Source: Octopus sinensis (taxonomy: Eukaryota). Taken from it: 64,000 nucleotides of DNA. The stretch covers positions 27,032,001 to 27,096,000 of the forward strand of contig NC_043020.1 of NCBI RefSeq assembly GCF_006345805.1, given 5' to 3'. Each line of letters opens with the position of its first letter. Position 1 is the stretch's first letter. Below the pieces are notes generated by a model. The model did not search any database, was not told the origin of the DNA, and worked only from the letters and a program-made list of their open reading frames with translations. Position numbers and translations under genes: made by a program. Of this stretch, positions 25,787 through 39,555 are shown piece by piece.

Positions 25787-26074
25787 GTGAGTACGACTCT
25801 GTCATCCTTCGCTATATTGCCTATCATTGCTACCATACCGGTTTCCTCTCTATCTACTCTTCCGTATGTTTATCCTCTCCAATTCTTGAACCTTTAATCA
25901 GTGAAGGCGCTTGGCTTACTTAATACAGTGGTTCCCAATATTTTTTCGGACTGCTGTCCCCTCGACACCTAGGCCACATTCCTGGCACCCTCACCTCAAC
26001 CAACCATCACAAACATAGACCTCTTTCTGAAGCAAATTCAAAGCAACTGTATTCCACAAATAAAACTTAACCCA

Positions 26075-26237
26075 GGCGCAGGAGTGGCTGTGTGGCAAGT
26101 AGCTTGCTTACCAACCACATGGTTCCGGGTTCAGTCCCACTGCGTGGCACCTTGGGCAAGTGTCTTCTACAATAGCCTCGGGCCGACCAAAGCCTTGTGA
26201 GTGGATTTGGTAGACGGAAACTGAAAGAAGCCCGTCG

Positions 26238-26270
<33 letters not shown>

Positions 26271-26360
26271 GTGTGTGTATGTGTTTGTGTGTCTGTGTTT
26301 TTGCCCCTCCCCCAACATCGCTTGACGACCGATGCTGGTGTGTTTACATCCCCATAACTT
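26075..26360 (+). mobile_element. SINE family A copy in the intron of the TPR-like gene
   Basis: ggcgcaggagtggctgtgtgg head, CORE-like segment, truncated into (TACA)n. Confidence 0.8.
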
Positions 26361-26416
26361 ATAAATGCATACATGCATAATACATACATGCATATATACA
26401 TACATACATACATACA

Positions 26417-26450
<34 letters not shown>

Positions 26451-26691
26451 CATACATACATACATACGTAAATATACAGAACGGATTCTTCTAACCAAAT
26501 TCACTCACAAGGCATCGGTCAGGAAGAGACTACACAAGAAAATACTTGCCCAAGATTCCGTGCATCGGAGCTAAAACCGAAACCTCGCCGTTAGAAACTG
26601 AATCTCTTGGCTACACAATCAATGCCAATTTATTATTTTTTTCATTCATTGATTTATTTGTATATCTATTTATTTATTTTGTCTGTTCCAG

Positions 26692-26970
26692 ATCCAGAAG
26701 TACTACGTCGAAGATCTTCTGGACGAACTGAAAAGACTTTCCGAGATTCGAGCTTTGAGACGTACGCAGAAGACCAAGTACTTAACACAGATTGGTCACT
26801 ATTCCTATTCGTTGTTACTCATGGAAAATCGGATCTCCATGCAGGAAAACCAAACTGGTTTATCCATAGAATCTATTCCTGAAGTTTGCTCTCATTGTCA
26901 ACAGTATATGAACATTGGTCAGTGTTCGAAACCAGCGTACCTCAAGCTGGTTTGCTGTTTGTCGAATGGG
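26692..26970 (+). CDS. Next exon of the same TPR-like gene
   Basis: Acceptor ttattttgtctgttccAG|ATC, phase 0, matching the upstream donor. Open frame IQKYYVEDLLDELKRLSEIRALRRTQKTKYLTQIGHYSYSLLLMENRISMQENQTGLSIESIPEVCSHCQQYMNIGQCSKPAYLKLVCCLSNG. Ends at donor GGG|GTcagt (26971) or reads on to TAG at 26977-26979. Confidence 0.65.
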
Positions 26971-27486
26971 GTCAGTTAGCAGGAAATGTGGAGTTGCCCT
27001 TTTTTTATGTTTAACCCTTCAGCGTTTTTACGGGCCACATCTGGCCCCGAATATTCTACCCGTTTTATGATCGAACCGTTCAGATCAGACCTCTCATACC
27101 CACCCTCCAATGTCATTCTGAAAATTAAACAACTTTCATCGTCGAAATATCAAAGCTACGAGATAATGCATGATTAATTAATTTAAAATTAATTTGAATG
27201 AATAAGCATGGCATTTGGCAGAGTAATCTGAATGCCAGAGGTTTAACCACCACCTCCTCCTCCCCAATTTAGTGCTGGTTGAGCAGACCTCTGGTCGAAA
27301 GCAATCCATCTGTGACCATCATGTTTGACTGTGGTGGTCCTTCGTTTTTTAATACGATTGGGTAGGACTTGAGAGATAAGTTATATGATTGTATGTGTGT
27401 TTATTTATTTATGTATAAATGTATGTACAGTATCTGCGTACGTGAAGGACGGATGCATGCATGGATGGATAGATGGATGGATGGAT

Positions 27487-27716
27487 GGTGGCGAGCTGGC
27501 AGAATCGTTAGCACAGCGGGCGAAATGCTTAGCAGTATTTCGTCTGCTGTTACGTTCTGAGTTCAAATTCCACCGAGGTCAACTTTGCCTTTCATCCTTT
27601 CTGGGTCGATGAATTAAGTACCAGTTACGCACTGGGGGTCGATATAATCGACTTAATCCGTTTGTCTGTCCTTGTTTGTCCTCTCTGTGTTTAGCCCCGT
27701 GTGGGTAGTAAAGAAA
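27487..27716 (+). mobile_element. SINE family B inserted in a (GGAT)n microsatellite
   Basis: Full monomer with (ggat)n on both sides. Confidence 0.8.
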
Positions 27717-28141
27717 GGATGGATGGATGGATGGATGGTTGTATGTATGTACGTATGCGTGTATGGATGGATTGATGGATGGATGGATGGATGGATGGAC
27801 GGATGGTTGTATGTATGTATGTATGTATTTATGTATGTATGTATGTATATTTAGGCATGTATGTATACACGTATGCGATTTTAGTTTGCGTTTCTTTTTA
27901 TTTATAAATGTGTATTATATATATACTTTAAGTATATGAAGGTGCAAATTTTATAACACTACAAATATTTTGCCTGTGCACACACACACACACACACACA
28001 TAGCCACATACGTACGTGCGTGTCTCTGTGTGTGTAGAATATATGCATGTGAATTATTTATTTGATGAAAGTGAAAGTTCTGGGGAAAGTTAAATTGTGA
28101 TAGATTGTCGTCATATCCCGGAGCAAACTCTGTCTGTACAG

Positions 28142-28195
28142 AAACTAGTATTTAAGGAAGAGCGTTTTATGAACGAACCCCTTGAAAATATCTAA
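28142..28195 (+). CDS. Candidate terminal coding exon of the TPR-like gene
   Basis: Acceptor aaactctgtctgtacAG|AAA, phase 0, compatible with the 26970 donor. KLVFKEERFMNEPLENI* followed by AATAAA at 28302-28307. Confidence 0.4.
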   Translation, partial: KLVFKEERFMNEPLENI

Positions 28196-29083
28196 GGAGA
28201 AGGGGCTGATTTAAGTTGAATTTTATACCCGAGAAGGTCCTAGGTTGTTTAACCGAACCAACAATAACAACACAAATGTTTTAATCAAAGATCTCGAAAC
28301 CAATAAAATGTCATGAAATGTTTTGTTTTAATTCTTAGTTCTGTTTTTCTTCATCTTTTTTTTATTTTTTTATCCTTTGCCGGTTTGAGTCATAAGACTG
28401 CGACCATGCTCGGACACCGCCTTAAAGAATTTTTAATCAAATGAACCAAACCCAGGACTTATTTATTTTAAGCCTGATCTTTATTCAATCGGAATGTGAT
28501 TACATCTTCATTGCGTCAACGTGTACATCCTTGCGACACTGTAACCTTTAGTCTAATCAAGATATCCTTGACCTGAAGAGTGGCCGGTGGTATACACCTC
28601 ACTTGGATTTTACCGCTTCTGAGGTTCCACTTGCTATGAAACATATGCAGCCTAGATTTTTCCAACTCCATTCCCTCTCTTCTTTTTCTATCTATCTCTC
28701 TCCCCTATCTTTTCTCTTTTCAAAGAAAATATTTTCCCAACATCCTCTATTTTCCTCTCGTTCTGGTCCAGCGACCCTCCATATTTGCTTTCGTTCGGTT
28801 TCCCTGTATGCCACCACTGTCCTGCTTTTGTTCCCAACTTCGATCCTCCATAAATCCCAAATTTTATTTTGGTATTTATGGCAGCAACTGTCTTCGAAGA
28901 CTCATATTGTCGTTGAATGCTCGAAATGAGGAGTAGATAGACAGCCGACAACTGATGAAAGGTCGTTCTTTGTATTACTTGTCATGTTTTCCATTTTCTC
29001 TCCCGTTGCTTGCGTATTTAACTCATTCGTTTTCGTACTTCATGTTGTTTACACATTTGGTGACGTCCAGTACCCATATATCC

Positions 29084-29123
<40 letters not shown>

Positions 29124-29129
29124 TATAGA

Positions 29130-29162
<33 letters not shown>

Positions 29163-29220
29163 TGTATGTATGTATGTATATACACCTCTCATCCTTATAG
29201 AAACACATACATGGATGGAT

Positions 29221-29586
29221 GGAAGCACTCCGTCGGTTACGACGACGATGATTCCGGTTGATCCGAATCAACGGAACAGCCTGCTGTAAGTGGCTGAGCA
29301 CTCCACAGACACGTGTACCCTTAACGTAGTTCTCGGGGATATTCAGCGTGACACAGAGAGTGACAAGGCCGGCCCTTTGAAATACAGGTACAACAGAAAC
29401 AGGCAGTAAGAGTGATAGAAAGTTGTGGTGAAAGAGTACAGCAGGGATCACCACCATCCCTGCCGGAGCCTCGTGGACTTTAGTGTTTTCGCTCAATAAA
29501 CACTCACACGCCCGGTCTGGGAATCGAAACCGCGATCCTATGACCGCGAGTCCGCTGCCCTAACCACTGGGCCATTGCGCCTCCAC
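29221..29586 (-). mobile_element. SINE family C (tRNA-derived head), tail type 1
   Basis: Reverse-complement head ggcgcaatggcccagtggttagggcagcggactcgcggtc...ggtttcgattcccagacc; shares about 190 bp with 30020-30342 and 50070-50378. Confidence 0.75.
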
Positions 29587-30019
29587 ACATACATACACAC
29601 ACATACTTATACACGAACACAACTCACAGTACCGTCATAGCCTTTTTGTTCCTTATAAGCAGGGCTTTTTTGATAATGTAGTCTGAAATAAGTTGTTTCA
29701 AAAAGACGAGATAGTCATGGTTAGAATCGCTTTTGGTCATAGGTCGTCAACTGACCAAGAGCTAAACCGCAGTCGAAACAACTATTCGGAATTGAGTACT
29801 ACAATACGACTAAATTTTTAAAATGATCAGCAAGGGAAACAACTCTTTATGTACTGAATGTCGCTGAAAATTTTCGGCTTTGCAATATTCTTGATGGGCG
29901 AAATGCTTGGCGATATTTTTCATGCCGTTACGATAATATGGAGGGAATCAGTTGATCAACTGGTTACAAGACAAATGAGAAACGAAAAATACCGACAGCA
30001 CATGCACGAGCAACCGTTT

Positions 30020-30342
30020 TATTTATTATTTATGCGCCCTTTTCAAGCCTAGCCAGGTTCATGGGCCCGGTTTCCCAGTTTTTGTGGCGTATATGTCCCC
30101 CCCCCCCACGCTGGACGGGGCGCCAGTCCATTGCAGCGTTACTCAAGAAACAGGAAGAAAGAGTGAGAGAAAGATGGGGCGAAAGAGTACAACAGGGGTC
30201 GCCACCACCCCCTGCCGGAACATCGTGGAGCTTTTAGGTGTTTTCGCTCAATAAACACACACAACGCCCGGTCTGGGAATCGAAACCGCATTCCTCCGAC
30301 CGCGTGTCCGCTGCCCTAACCACTGAGCCATTGCGCCCCCCA
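30020..30342 (-). mobile_element. SINE family C, tail type 2, with TSD
   Basis: Same head and core; tail ends in ...gggcgcataaataataaat. Flanked by agcaaccgtt at 30009-30018 and 30347-30356. Confidence 0.8.
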
Positions 30343-31031
30343 CACAAGCAACCGTTATACCCGCATATTTTCTATTGGCCAATCACAGATGTACAACAAG
30401 TGTGATTGGCAAATGAGTGTGTAGTCGTTGCGTGGGTTTTCGAGGCCAACCACAAAAAAAAGGTTGATAGCATACGAAAAATTGAAAAATTATGAAATTT
30501 TAAACCTTATCTATTTCAAGCCACCCCGTTTTCACGATACTTCAGCGTCCCTTAGGGGATCGCGGACCCCACTTTGAGAATCACTGCTTTAAATCTTACG
30601 AAGGTCTTGCAGATTTTTATAATCCCAGGTATAGTGACCATTTGTAGCGTATGTATGAAGGACTGGTGTTCTTCCCCCAAGATCCTAACTTAAGCCATAC
30701 TTAGCTCCAGTCGGGTTTGTATGTGTATATGTATGTGTGTATGCATGTGTGTTTCGCCCCACCAATGCTGGGCAACCAGTGTTGGTTTGTTTACGTTCCT
30801 GTAACTTAGCGGTTCGACAAAAGTTACCGATAGAATAAGTACAGGGCTTATGAAAAATAAGTCCAGTGACTAAAATAAAATAAAAGATGACTAAAGTTAT
30901 CTCCCCTTAACTGGAAGTATCAATTCTTTTCTACTTCGTCCTTCTCTGCTACATTTCTGTCTGTCAGTCTGTCTATCTATCTGTCTGTCTGTCTATCTGT
31001 CTGTCTGTCTATCTGTCTGTCTGTCTATCTA

Positions 31032-31070
<39 letters not shown>

Positions 31071-31109
31071 GTCTGTCTGTCTCTCTCTCTCTATCTCTCT
31101 ATCTACTTC

Positions 31110-31149
<40 letters not shown>

Positions 31150-31470
31150 CGTATCTGTCTGTCTGTCTACCGGCGTTTTTCTCCCTCTCTTTAATATATC
31201 TCTACCTTGCCCGAATCTCTCCCTGTCTCCCTAAAAGTGGTGATGGTGCTTCGTAGAGGCGTTGAATCTGTATCACTTCGTCTTTCTTTCGCTCTTCCCC
31301 TCTCTCACTATTTCTTATCTTCCCTTCTTTCTGCTTCTTTCTTTCAATCTTAATTCTCTTCCTCGTCATTTTCTCTGTCTCTCTCTCTCTCTCTGCGTCT
31401 TAATCTCTTCCTCTGCATATCTTTCTATCTCTCTTTCTTGTCTCTTTTTCCTCGTTCTATCTACTCCTCA

Positions 31471-31507
<37 letters not shown>

Positions 31508-31924
31508 ATCCAGACGCGCGCGCAAACCCACACCTGCATCCACACACATACGCACACACTTTCCTTTTGCTGTCAATCTCCCCCCTCTCCTCTCGTTCAA
31601 TTCTATCTATCTATCTTTCATCATCCTTCCCTTCCTCTCTCAGTCACTATCTATTTACACCATCTGCCCTACTCACTTTTTATGTATCTATTTCTTCCAT
31701 CTATACATCTTCCTCACTTCTCACTTCCTCCCTCTATATCTATATTTCTTTCTCTTACCCTCTCTATCTCTTTCCCTTACTCTGTCTCTCTATTTATCTC
31801 CTTCCTGACTCTCCTATTGTCATTCACTTCTTTTCGCTTTCCCTTCTCTCCCCCTCTCTGTATCTCCCTACCTGTCTATCATCATATTCCTCAACTCTCT
31901 ACCTCTCTTCTTTCACTCTATCCC

Positions 31925-32205
31925 ATTGGGTCGATAAATTAAGTACCAGTTACGCACTGGGGTCGATATAATCGACTTAATCCGTTCGTCTGTCCTTGTT
32001 TGTCCTCTCTGTGTTTAGCCCCTTGTGGGTAGTAAAGAAATAGGTATTTCGTCAGCCGTTATGTTCTGAGTTCAAATTCCGCCGAGGTCGACTTTGCCTT
32101 TCATCCTTTCGGGGTCGATAAATTAGGTACCAGTTTCGTATTGAGGTCGATCTAACCGACTGGCCCCCACTCCCCCAAAATTTCAGGCCTTGTGCCTAGA
32201 GCAGA
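31925..32205 (+). mobile_element. Headless SINE family B multimer fragment
   Basis: 3' half of a body, junction aaagaaataggtatttcgtc, then a second body ending in the short cccccaaaatttcaggccttgtgc variant. Confidence 0.7.
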
Positions 32206-32699
32206 AAAAATATTACAAACTCCATCACTACACATCTACTACTATTACTATCCTTACTACTACTACTACTACTACTACTATTCTTACTATTACTACTACT
32301 TCTACTACTACTATTCTTACTACTACTACTACTATATCTACTACTACTACAGTTAGGTTTAGAAGTAGTAGTAGTAGTCGCCGTTATCATCATCATCATA
32401 GTCGTAACCCACACTACCACATTACCAACAACACCACTACGTATCACCACCACCATCGCTATCTCTACTTCGACTACTACCACTACTACCGCTAGGAATA
32501 GCGGTAGTTCGTCGTCGTCGTCGTCATCATCATCACAGCCGTAACCCACTCTATAATATTACTACTACCAACACCCCTACAAATCACAACCACCACCGCC
32601 ACCATCAATACTACTATCACCCCCCATCTCTACAACAATACTACTAACACTACTACTACAGCTAGTAATAGTATCTATTTTCACCATCTGCCATACTCA

Positions 32700-33255
32700 C
32701 ATTTTATGCATTTATCTCTTTCTTCCTCCCTTTTTCCATCTGTACATCTTCCCCCATTTCTCGTTTCCTCCGTCTACATCTTTATTTCTTTTTCTTTCTC
32801 TTACCCTCCCTCTCTTTCTCTAACACTCTCTCTCTTTTTCTTACCCTCCTCTCTCGCTTTCTCTTACCCTCTCTCACTTTCTCTTACCCTCTCTCACTTT
32901 CTCTTACCCTCTCTCTTTCTCCTACCTTCTCTCTCTTTCTTTTACTCTGTCTCTCCCTATTTACTCTTTCTCTTACGCTCTCTCTCTTTCTCTTTCTTAC
33001 TCTGTCTCTCTATTTACTATTTCTCTTACTCTCTCTCTTTTTCTCTTACTCTGTCTCTCTATTTACTATTTCTCTTACTCTCTCTCTTTTTCTCTTACTC
33101 TGTCTCTCTATTTACTCTTTCTCTAACCCTCTCTATCTTTTTCTCTTACCCTCCCTGTCTTTCTCTTACTCTCTCTCAATTTTTCTTACACCCTCTTCCT
33201 TTATCTTACCCTCTCTCTTTTTCTCTTACCGTCCTTGTCTTTCTCTTCCTCTGTC
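32700..33255. repeat. Polypyrimidine minisatellite (ctctctctttttctcttacc-like units)
   Basis: About 550 bp almost purely C/T on the plus strand; a similar tract lies at 31260-31920. Confidence 0.85.
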
Positions 33256-33386
33256 TTTCTCTCTACGCTCGTCGTCGTCGTGGTCGTGGGATCGCCGTCA
33301 TCGCAGTCGTACCTCAGTCCCACAGTGTCTGTCTATTATAAACTACAAACTACCCACAATCCCTCATTCCTACATTGTGTCTTTAG

Positions 33387-33490
33387 AGAAGATTGACAAG
33401 GCGCCATTAATGCTCCTGTATTCTACACAAAAAACACAACAAATATCTCGCTTCGTCTCGCCTGCTTTTAGTTTCCAACCCAAAAATACT
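33387..33490 (+). CDS. Candidate exon of an unidentified plus-strand gene
   Basis: Strong acceptor cattcctacattgtgtctttAG, donor ACT|GTaagc. One open frame xKIDKAPLMLLYSTQKTQQISRFVSPAFSFQPKNT (phase 1 to 0). Confidence 0.4.
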
Positions 33491-35019
33491 GTAAGCATTC
33501 GTTTTAGTATCATTACTATCATTGTTACGATCTATTTTTCAAAAAAATATAATCCGAAACACTCTGAATGTCAATTCGGGTTTTTTATGTTTTTTGGTGA
33601 TTTCATTAATGTGTGCGTGTGTGTGTATCTGTATAAAATATTTCAGAAATATCCTTTTCTCATGTATATTCTTTTATCGTCATTCCTTAACATCTACCTC
33701 TGTCTTTATGTATGTATGTGTGATTAAATACCTTGCTGTTTCTTGTATATTTGATTTCTAGTGAAGGGGTGGCTTAAATGCTGGTTAGATTAAGAGTCGT
33801 TTGATCGGTATCTTTGCACCTCTTAATCGATCTCATAAAGTACCATTCAGTTTTGAAAAACCATATATATATATATATACATACATACATACACGGTTAT
33901 TTATATATGACGATGATGATGAAATTATTGTTATTTCTTGTATATTATATAATTTTAGTAGCATAATCGAATACTACAAGACGAAGGGTCCCTTGATCGG
34001 GATGTTTTACCCTTTTTTAATATCGATCCGATAAGGGCGAAATAAATAAAAAAAAGTTATGAGGTACTTGAACTAGAATTCTGCTCAGATAAAGGTATAC
34101 CATTGAGGTTTTGATTTGAAGTAAAATGAAGTGAAATAACTTTTTTTCTGGGAACACTGAAACTCGAAGTAATATATAAAAGCTATAGATAACAGCTTGT
34201 GAAATCTTAGATTAAGAAACAAAAAAATACCCTTTGAATAAAAAAAAAAGTTGAAGGTTGTCATGGGACACACGTCATTAAAATAAAGTATTTTTTGGGG
34301 AAGGTTTTAAATATCATAAAATCCATCGTGGCCTCTTTGCTCAAATGTGTGTGTGTCTGTTAAAAACCCTGTTATGGGTGGGTTTGTTCGAAATCAATAT
34401 TAACCCTATTGAGAATCGATCGTTCTCCTCACCCCTTTACTTCTCTTGTAATCGTTTCCGGTTTTGGGTATAATGTCGATCATATTAGCAAAGTATCGGG
34501 TACACGCGTACCAGTGAAATATTGAGCGTTGGTGGAATCGATTTATACACTTAAATAGTGTTCCACCCGATTTAAAATTAAGAAGGAAAAGCATTAATGA
34601 ATTTGTTATCTTGTGCTTATAGAATTATATATATTATATATATAACAATTATATATATATATATTCTTGAGGCAGTTCGAATCCCGGTCAAATATCGATT
34701 TTTGCCCCTCTTGAATCATTTAATCGTTTCCGAGATTCGATAGAATAAAATGTACCAGTGAAATACTAGGGGTCATTTATATTTGGGTTTCTTCTCCTTC
34801 GCTTCCAAAACAAAAAGAAAAGTACCAAGAATATGTCTTTAGACTTGTGACCATCTTATGAAAAAATATTTTTTTTATGAAATCGGTTCAAACCCCGGTC
34901 AAAGATCGGTTTTTGGTTTCTCGTCATTTCCATGGGGTTTCGATAAAAATAATAAAGTATCAGTCATTTGCTGGGTTCTTATATAAAACCAAGTACCTTC
35001 CTATTCTTTCCCTTCCAAA

Positions 35020-35051
<32 letters not shown>

Positions 35052-35600
35052 GTGTGTGTAGAGAGAGAGAGAGATAGATGTATCTGTGGCCCCGGCCATT
35101 CAAATTTAGGTCAAAGATCAATATTTCGCTTCATCATTTCCAAGGGGTTTCAATAAGAATAAAAAAAAATATACCAGTCATTTATTGGGTTTTTAGATAT
35201 AACCGAATACCTTCCTATCCTTTCCCTTCCAACACACACACAAATATATGTAGATTGATAGATGTATATGTGGCCCTGGTCATTTCAAATTGAGGTCAAA
35301 GATCAACCATTTGCCTCATCATTTCTGAGGGTTGATAGTTTTGGTAGAATAAAAATAACCATGTACCTTACACTTTGCCTTTTCCCACTGAAAGTAGTCA
35401 AAATAAATTTATGGCCCTTAAAATTCTTTTTTTTTTTAATGCACTTCAAATCCCAGTCAAAGATCAATTTTAGCCACTCTCTGTTCTGGGGAGGGTTTTG
35501 ATAAAAATACCAGTTATATACCATGGATTAGATATAATTGAGTACCTTCCTACTCTCCCCACCCCAATGCCGCAAAAATATATTTGTGGTCCAGGACCTA

Positions 35601-35973
35601 TCTTTTTTCAGTTATTAGACTGCTGGGGCACCACCCTGAAGGGTCTGGTTGTACAACTTGGCCCTAGTATGCATTTGTTTCTAAGCCTGGTACTTATTGG
35701 ACTATTTTTGCCAAACCACCAAAGTTACAGGGACGTAAACAAACCAGCACCGGTTATCAAGCCATGACGGTGGACAAATGCAGACACAAAGACACGTGCC
35801 TGTGTGTATGTGTATAAACAGGCTTCTTTCAGTTTCCATCAACCAAATTTACTCACCAGGCTTTCATTGACCTGGGGTTACAGTAGAAGACACTTGTCCT
35901 AGGTGCCACACAGTGGGACTGAACCTGAGACCTTGTGGTTGGGAAGCAAACTTCCTACCACACACCCATGCCT
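35601..35973 (-). mobile_element. SINE family A copy inserted in the satellite array
   Basis: Diverged reverse-complement match to family A, interrupting the degenerate tandem array. Confidence 0.7.
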
Positions 35974-36650
35974 TTTCTCAATCCCAAAGATCAGTTTATG
36001 AGAGTAGTGTGGGCTGATAACTTTAAAAATACCAGTCATTTGGTAGGAGCTGCATATAACTAAGTACCTTTCTTATTTTCCCCTTTCCCCAAAATGTACC
36101 AAAAATTAATTAGTCTTGTGTTAATTTTCATAGGGCATTTCAAATCCTTGTCAAAGATTGGTTTTCACTTCTTCTCCTGTTGGTGGTGGATAGGGTCGTT
36201 AAAGTTAAAATACCATACAAATACTAGGGGTCAGATGTCACTGAGTACCTCCCTACTCTTTCCCTTCCCAAAAACAAATTTGTAGCCCTTTTAAGAAAAT
36301 ATTTCCTTAAGACAGTTCAAATTCTAAAGATCAATTTTTTCCTTGTTCCCAGTAAAGGAGTTCTATAAAATATAAAATACCCGTGATATACTTGTGGGGA
36401 GGGTTAGATATAGCCGAAAACCTTCCTACTGCCCCACTCATCTCCTTGAAAAATGTAGCAAAAGTAAATTTGGTTTTGTACCTATGTTAACTAGTAAAAG
36501 ATTGATTTTTGGGAAAAGGAGGTTGATAACTTTAAAAGTACCAGTCATACGCTAGGGACCTTATTTAACCATGTACCTTCCTAATTTTCCCCTTCCAACG
36601 AAATAATGTACTGAACATAAATTTGTGGCCCTGTGTCTATTTTCTTAAAA

Positions 36651-36869
36651 CCCTTTCGTTACCAACCCGGCTGAAACCAGCTCTGGTTCTGTAGCACAAA
36701 TGTCTTGTTTTCATAAGTTTTGAATTAAAACCTTCCACCAAACCTTAGTCACAATTTATGTTCCTAACACTAGCTAAATGATAACTTAAGTTATTTTACT
36801 AAATTCTTTGTTCTATTTGAAATAATTGAAAGAAACAAGCATCTCAAAATAAATACGGTAATGAAAGGG
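36651..36869. mobile_element. piggyBac-type MITE family 1
   Basis: TIR ccctttcgttacc / ggtaatgaaaggg-TTAA. Second copy at 40900-41121, partial third at about 60728-60912. Confidence 0.75.
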
Positions 36870-38244
36870 TTAAGGTGTTTCAAATCCCTGTCAAAGATTG
36901 AATTTTGCTTCTCATCATTTCCAAGGGTGGGAAAGGTCGATAAAATAAAAATTACTAGATAGATCTTTGGGGTTAGATATAATTGAGTACCTTCCTACCC
37001 TTTCTCTTCAAAACAAAAACAAACAAAAAATTAGCAAAAATCTATGGCCCTGCGCCTATGTTAAAGAATTATTTCCTTAACCCAGTGAGATCTATTTTCG
37101 CCTCTCATTTTTAGAGCAGGAGATAAGTAAAACTACCAGTCATATACTTGGGTTCGGTTGTAACCCAGTACTTCCCTTCGCTTTACATTTTCTCCCAAAA
37201 TGTATCAAAAATATATTTGTGGCCCTACATCTTTTAAAACTCCAATCAAAGATTGGTGTTCACCTCTCATTATTTCAGGGATGGACAGGGTTGATAAAAT
37301 ATAAATACCAGTTAAATATTAGGGGTTAGCTATAACTGAAAACCTTCCCAGTTTTTTCCTTCCAAATGTTTAGCAAAAAATAATTTGTTACCTTATACCC
37401 ATTCCTAAAATAACATTATCTTAAGGCAATTGAAATTATGGCCAAAGATTGGTTTTTGCCTCTCGCCATTTCTGGGTGGACAGGGGCAATAATATAATAT
37501 CAGTCAAATATTTGGGATTCCATATTACTGAGTGCCTTTCTAGTCCTTTTCTTCCAAAAAAATTTTTTTTATTTAGTAGTAAGAATAAATTTGAACAAAA
37601 ATATATTTTCCTGAACCAGTTCCATTCCCTGCAGGTTTTGACATTTAGATTTCATCATTTATTAAAACGGTTTTTGATACTCTCGTGGGGGTTGGCTTAA
37701 AAATTTGTTGGTCATGTGGCTTATGTTACAAATATCATCATAGTCATTCCATTATGTTTAGGGTTCAAATCCAGCTGAGGTCAGTTTTGTTGTTGTTGAT
37801 TCTTCAGAGACTCCATCATCATCATCATCGTTTAATGTCCGTTTTCCATGCTAGCATGGGTTGGACGGTTCGACCGGGAATCTGGGAAGCCAGGAGGCTG
37901 CACCAGGCTCCAGTCTGATCTGGCAGTGTTTCTAGAGCTGGATGCCCTCTCTAATGCCAACCACTCCGTGAGTGTAGTGGGTGCTTTTTACATGTCACCT
38001 GCACAGGTGCCAGGGGAGACTGGCAATGCCTCCCCCCCTTTTTTTTTTCTTTTAACTTTAGGACACCACCCTGAGGAATTTTTAGTTGAGTGTATTGACC
38101 CCCAGTACCTATTTTTTTAATTTTTAAAGCCTGGTGCTTATTCTGTTGGTCTCTTTTGCTGAGCCACTAAGTTATGGAAATGCAAACACACACACACACA
38201 CACGACAGGCCTCTTTCAGTTTCGATCAACCAGATCCACTCACA

Positions 38245-39137
38245 TATGTATGTATATATGTATATATATATATATGTATATATATGTATGTATATATGTA
38301 TATATATATATATGTATATATATGTATGTATATATATGTATATATAATATATATATATATATAGTATGTATATATTATATGTATATATATATATATGTAT
38401 ATATATCTATATGTATATATATATATATGTATATATATATATGTATATATATGTATGTATATATATGTATATATATTATGTATATATATGTATATATATA
38501 TATATGTATATATATGTATATGTGTATATATGTATATATATATATGTGTATATGATATATATATATGTGTATATATGTATATATATATATGTGTATATAT
38601 GTATATATATATATTGTATGTGTATATATGTATATATATATATATGTATATATATGTATGTGTATATATTGTATATATATATATGTTATATATGTATGTA
38701 TATATAATGTATATATATGATATATATATATGTATATATATGTATATATATGTATATTATATATATATGATTATATGTATGTATATATATGTATATATAT
38801 GTATAATATATATATGTATATATATGTATATATATATATATGTATATATATGTATGTATATATATGTATATATATGTATATATATTATATGTATATATAT
38901 ATATTAATATATGTATATATATGTATATATATATATGTATATATATGTATTATATATATATGTATATATATGTATATATATATATGTAATATATATATGT
39001 ATATATATGTATATATATATATGTATATATATATATGTTATATAATATATGTATATATATGTATATATATATATGTATATATATATATGTATATATATGT
39101 ATATATATATATGTATATATATGTATATATATATATG

Positions 39138-39168
<31 letters not shown>

Positions 39169-39325
39169 GTATATATATGTATGTATATAATGTATATGTA
39201 TATATATGTATGTATATATATATATGTATATATATATATGTATATAATATATGTATATATATATGTATATATATATGTATATAATATATATGTATATATA
39301 TATGTATATATATGTATATATATAT
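38245..39325. repeat. ~1.1-kb compound (TA)n/(TATG)n microsatellite
   Basis: Directly visible; source of many spurious ORFs. Confidence 0.95.
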
Positions 39326-39555
39326 TTGGTTTGCAAGATTTTTTACGTGAATTCGTGTGTTGAAGCATATTCTTTGATGGAAAGATGCTTTCTAGGGAAA
39401 GTCATTCTCTTTCAGTGCCTTTATTACTAAACACACACACTGGTTCGATTTCCATTCATTTGCTTTTTCTGAAATTTTCATTGCAGCTTACAAGCTTTTC
39501 AGTGGTCGTTGACTGTGTTAAATAATAAGGGACTAAAAGGGAATGACTCTCCCTA

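Larger units (their letters stand above)
34330..37650 (+). repeat. Degenerate tandem array (~160-210-bp units) derived from the family B SINE body
   Basis: Recurring ttcaaatcc..gtcaaagatc..tttgcctctc..tcgataaaata..taccagtc..ggggttagatataa..taccttccta at about 34675, 34885, 35095, 35280, 35440, 35975, 36135, 36313, 36490, 36878, 37080, 37235, 37430. Confidence 0.7.

Noticed and set aside
28885-28975. CTGATGA followed by a hairpin inside a Penelope-like-looking fragment (28630-29075)
   Set aside because: The hairpin is followed by GTAT rather than GAAA and no stem I/III can be built; not a hammerhead as it stands.
29500-29586. tRNA gene-like sequences at SINE heads (also 30260-30342, 50300-50378, 59290-59360)
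   Set aside because: They have A/B boxes but run into SINE bodies, lack a complete cloverleaf and occur as dispersed repeats.
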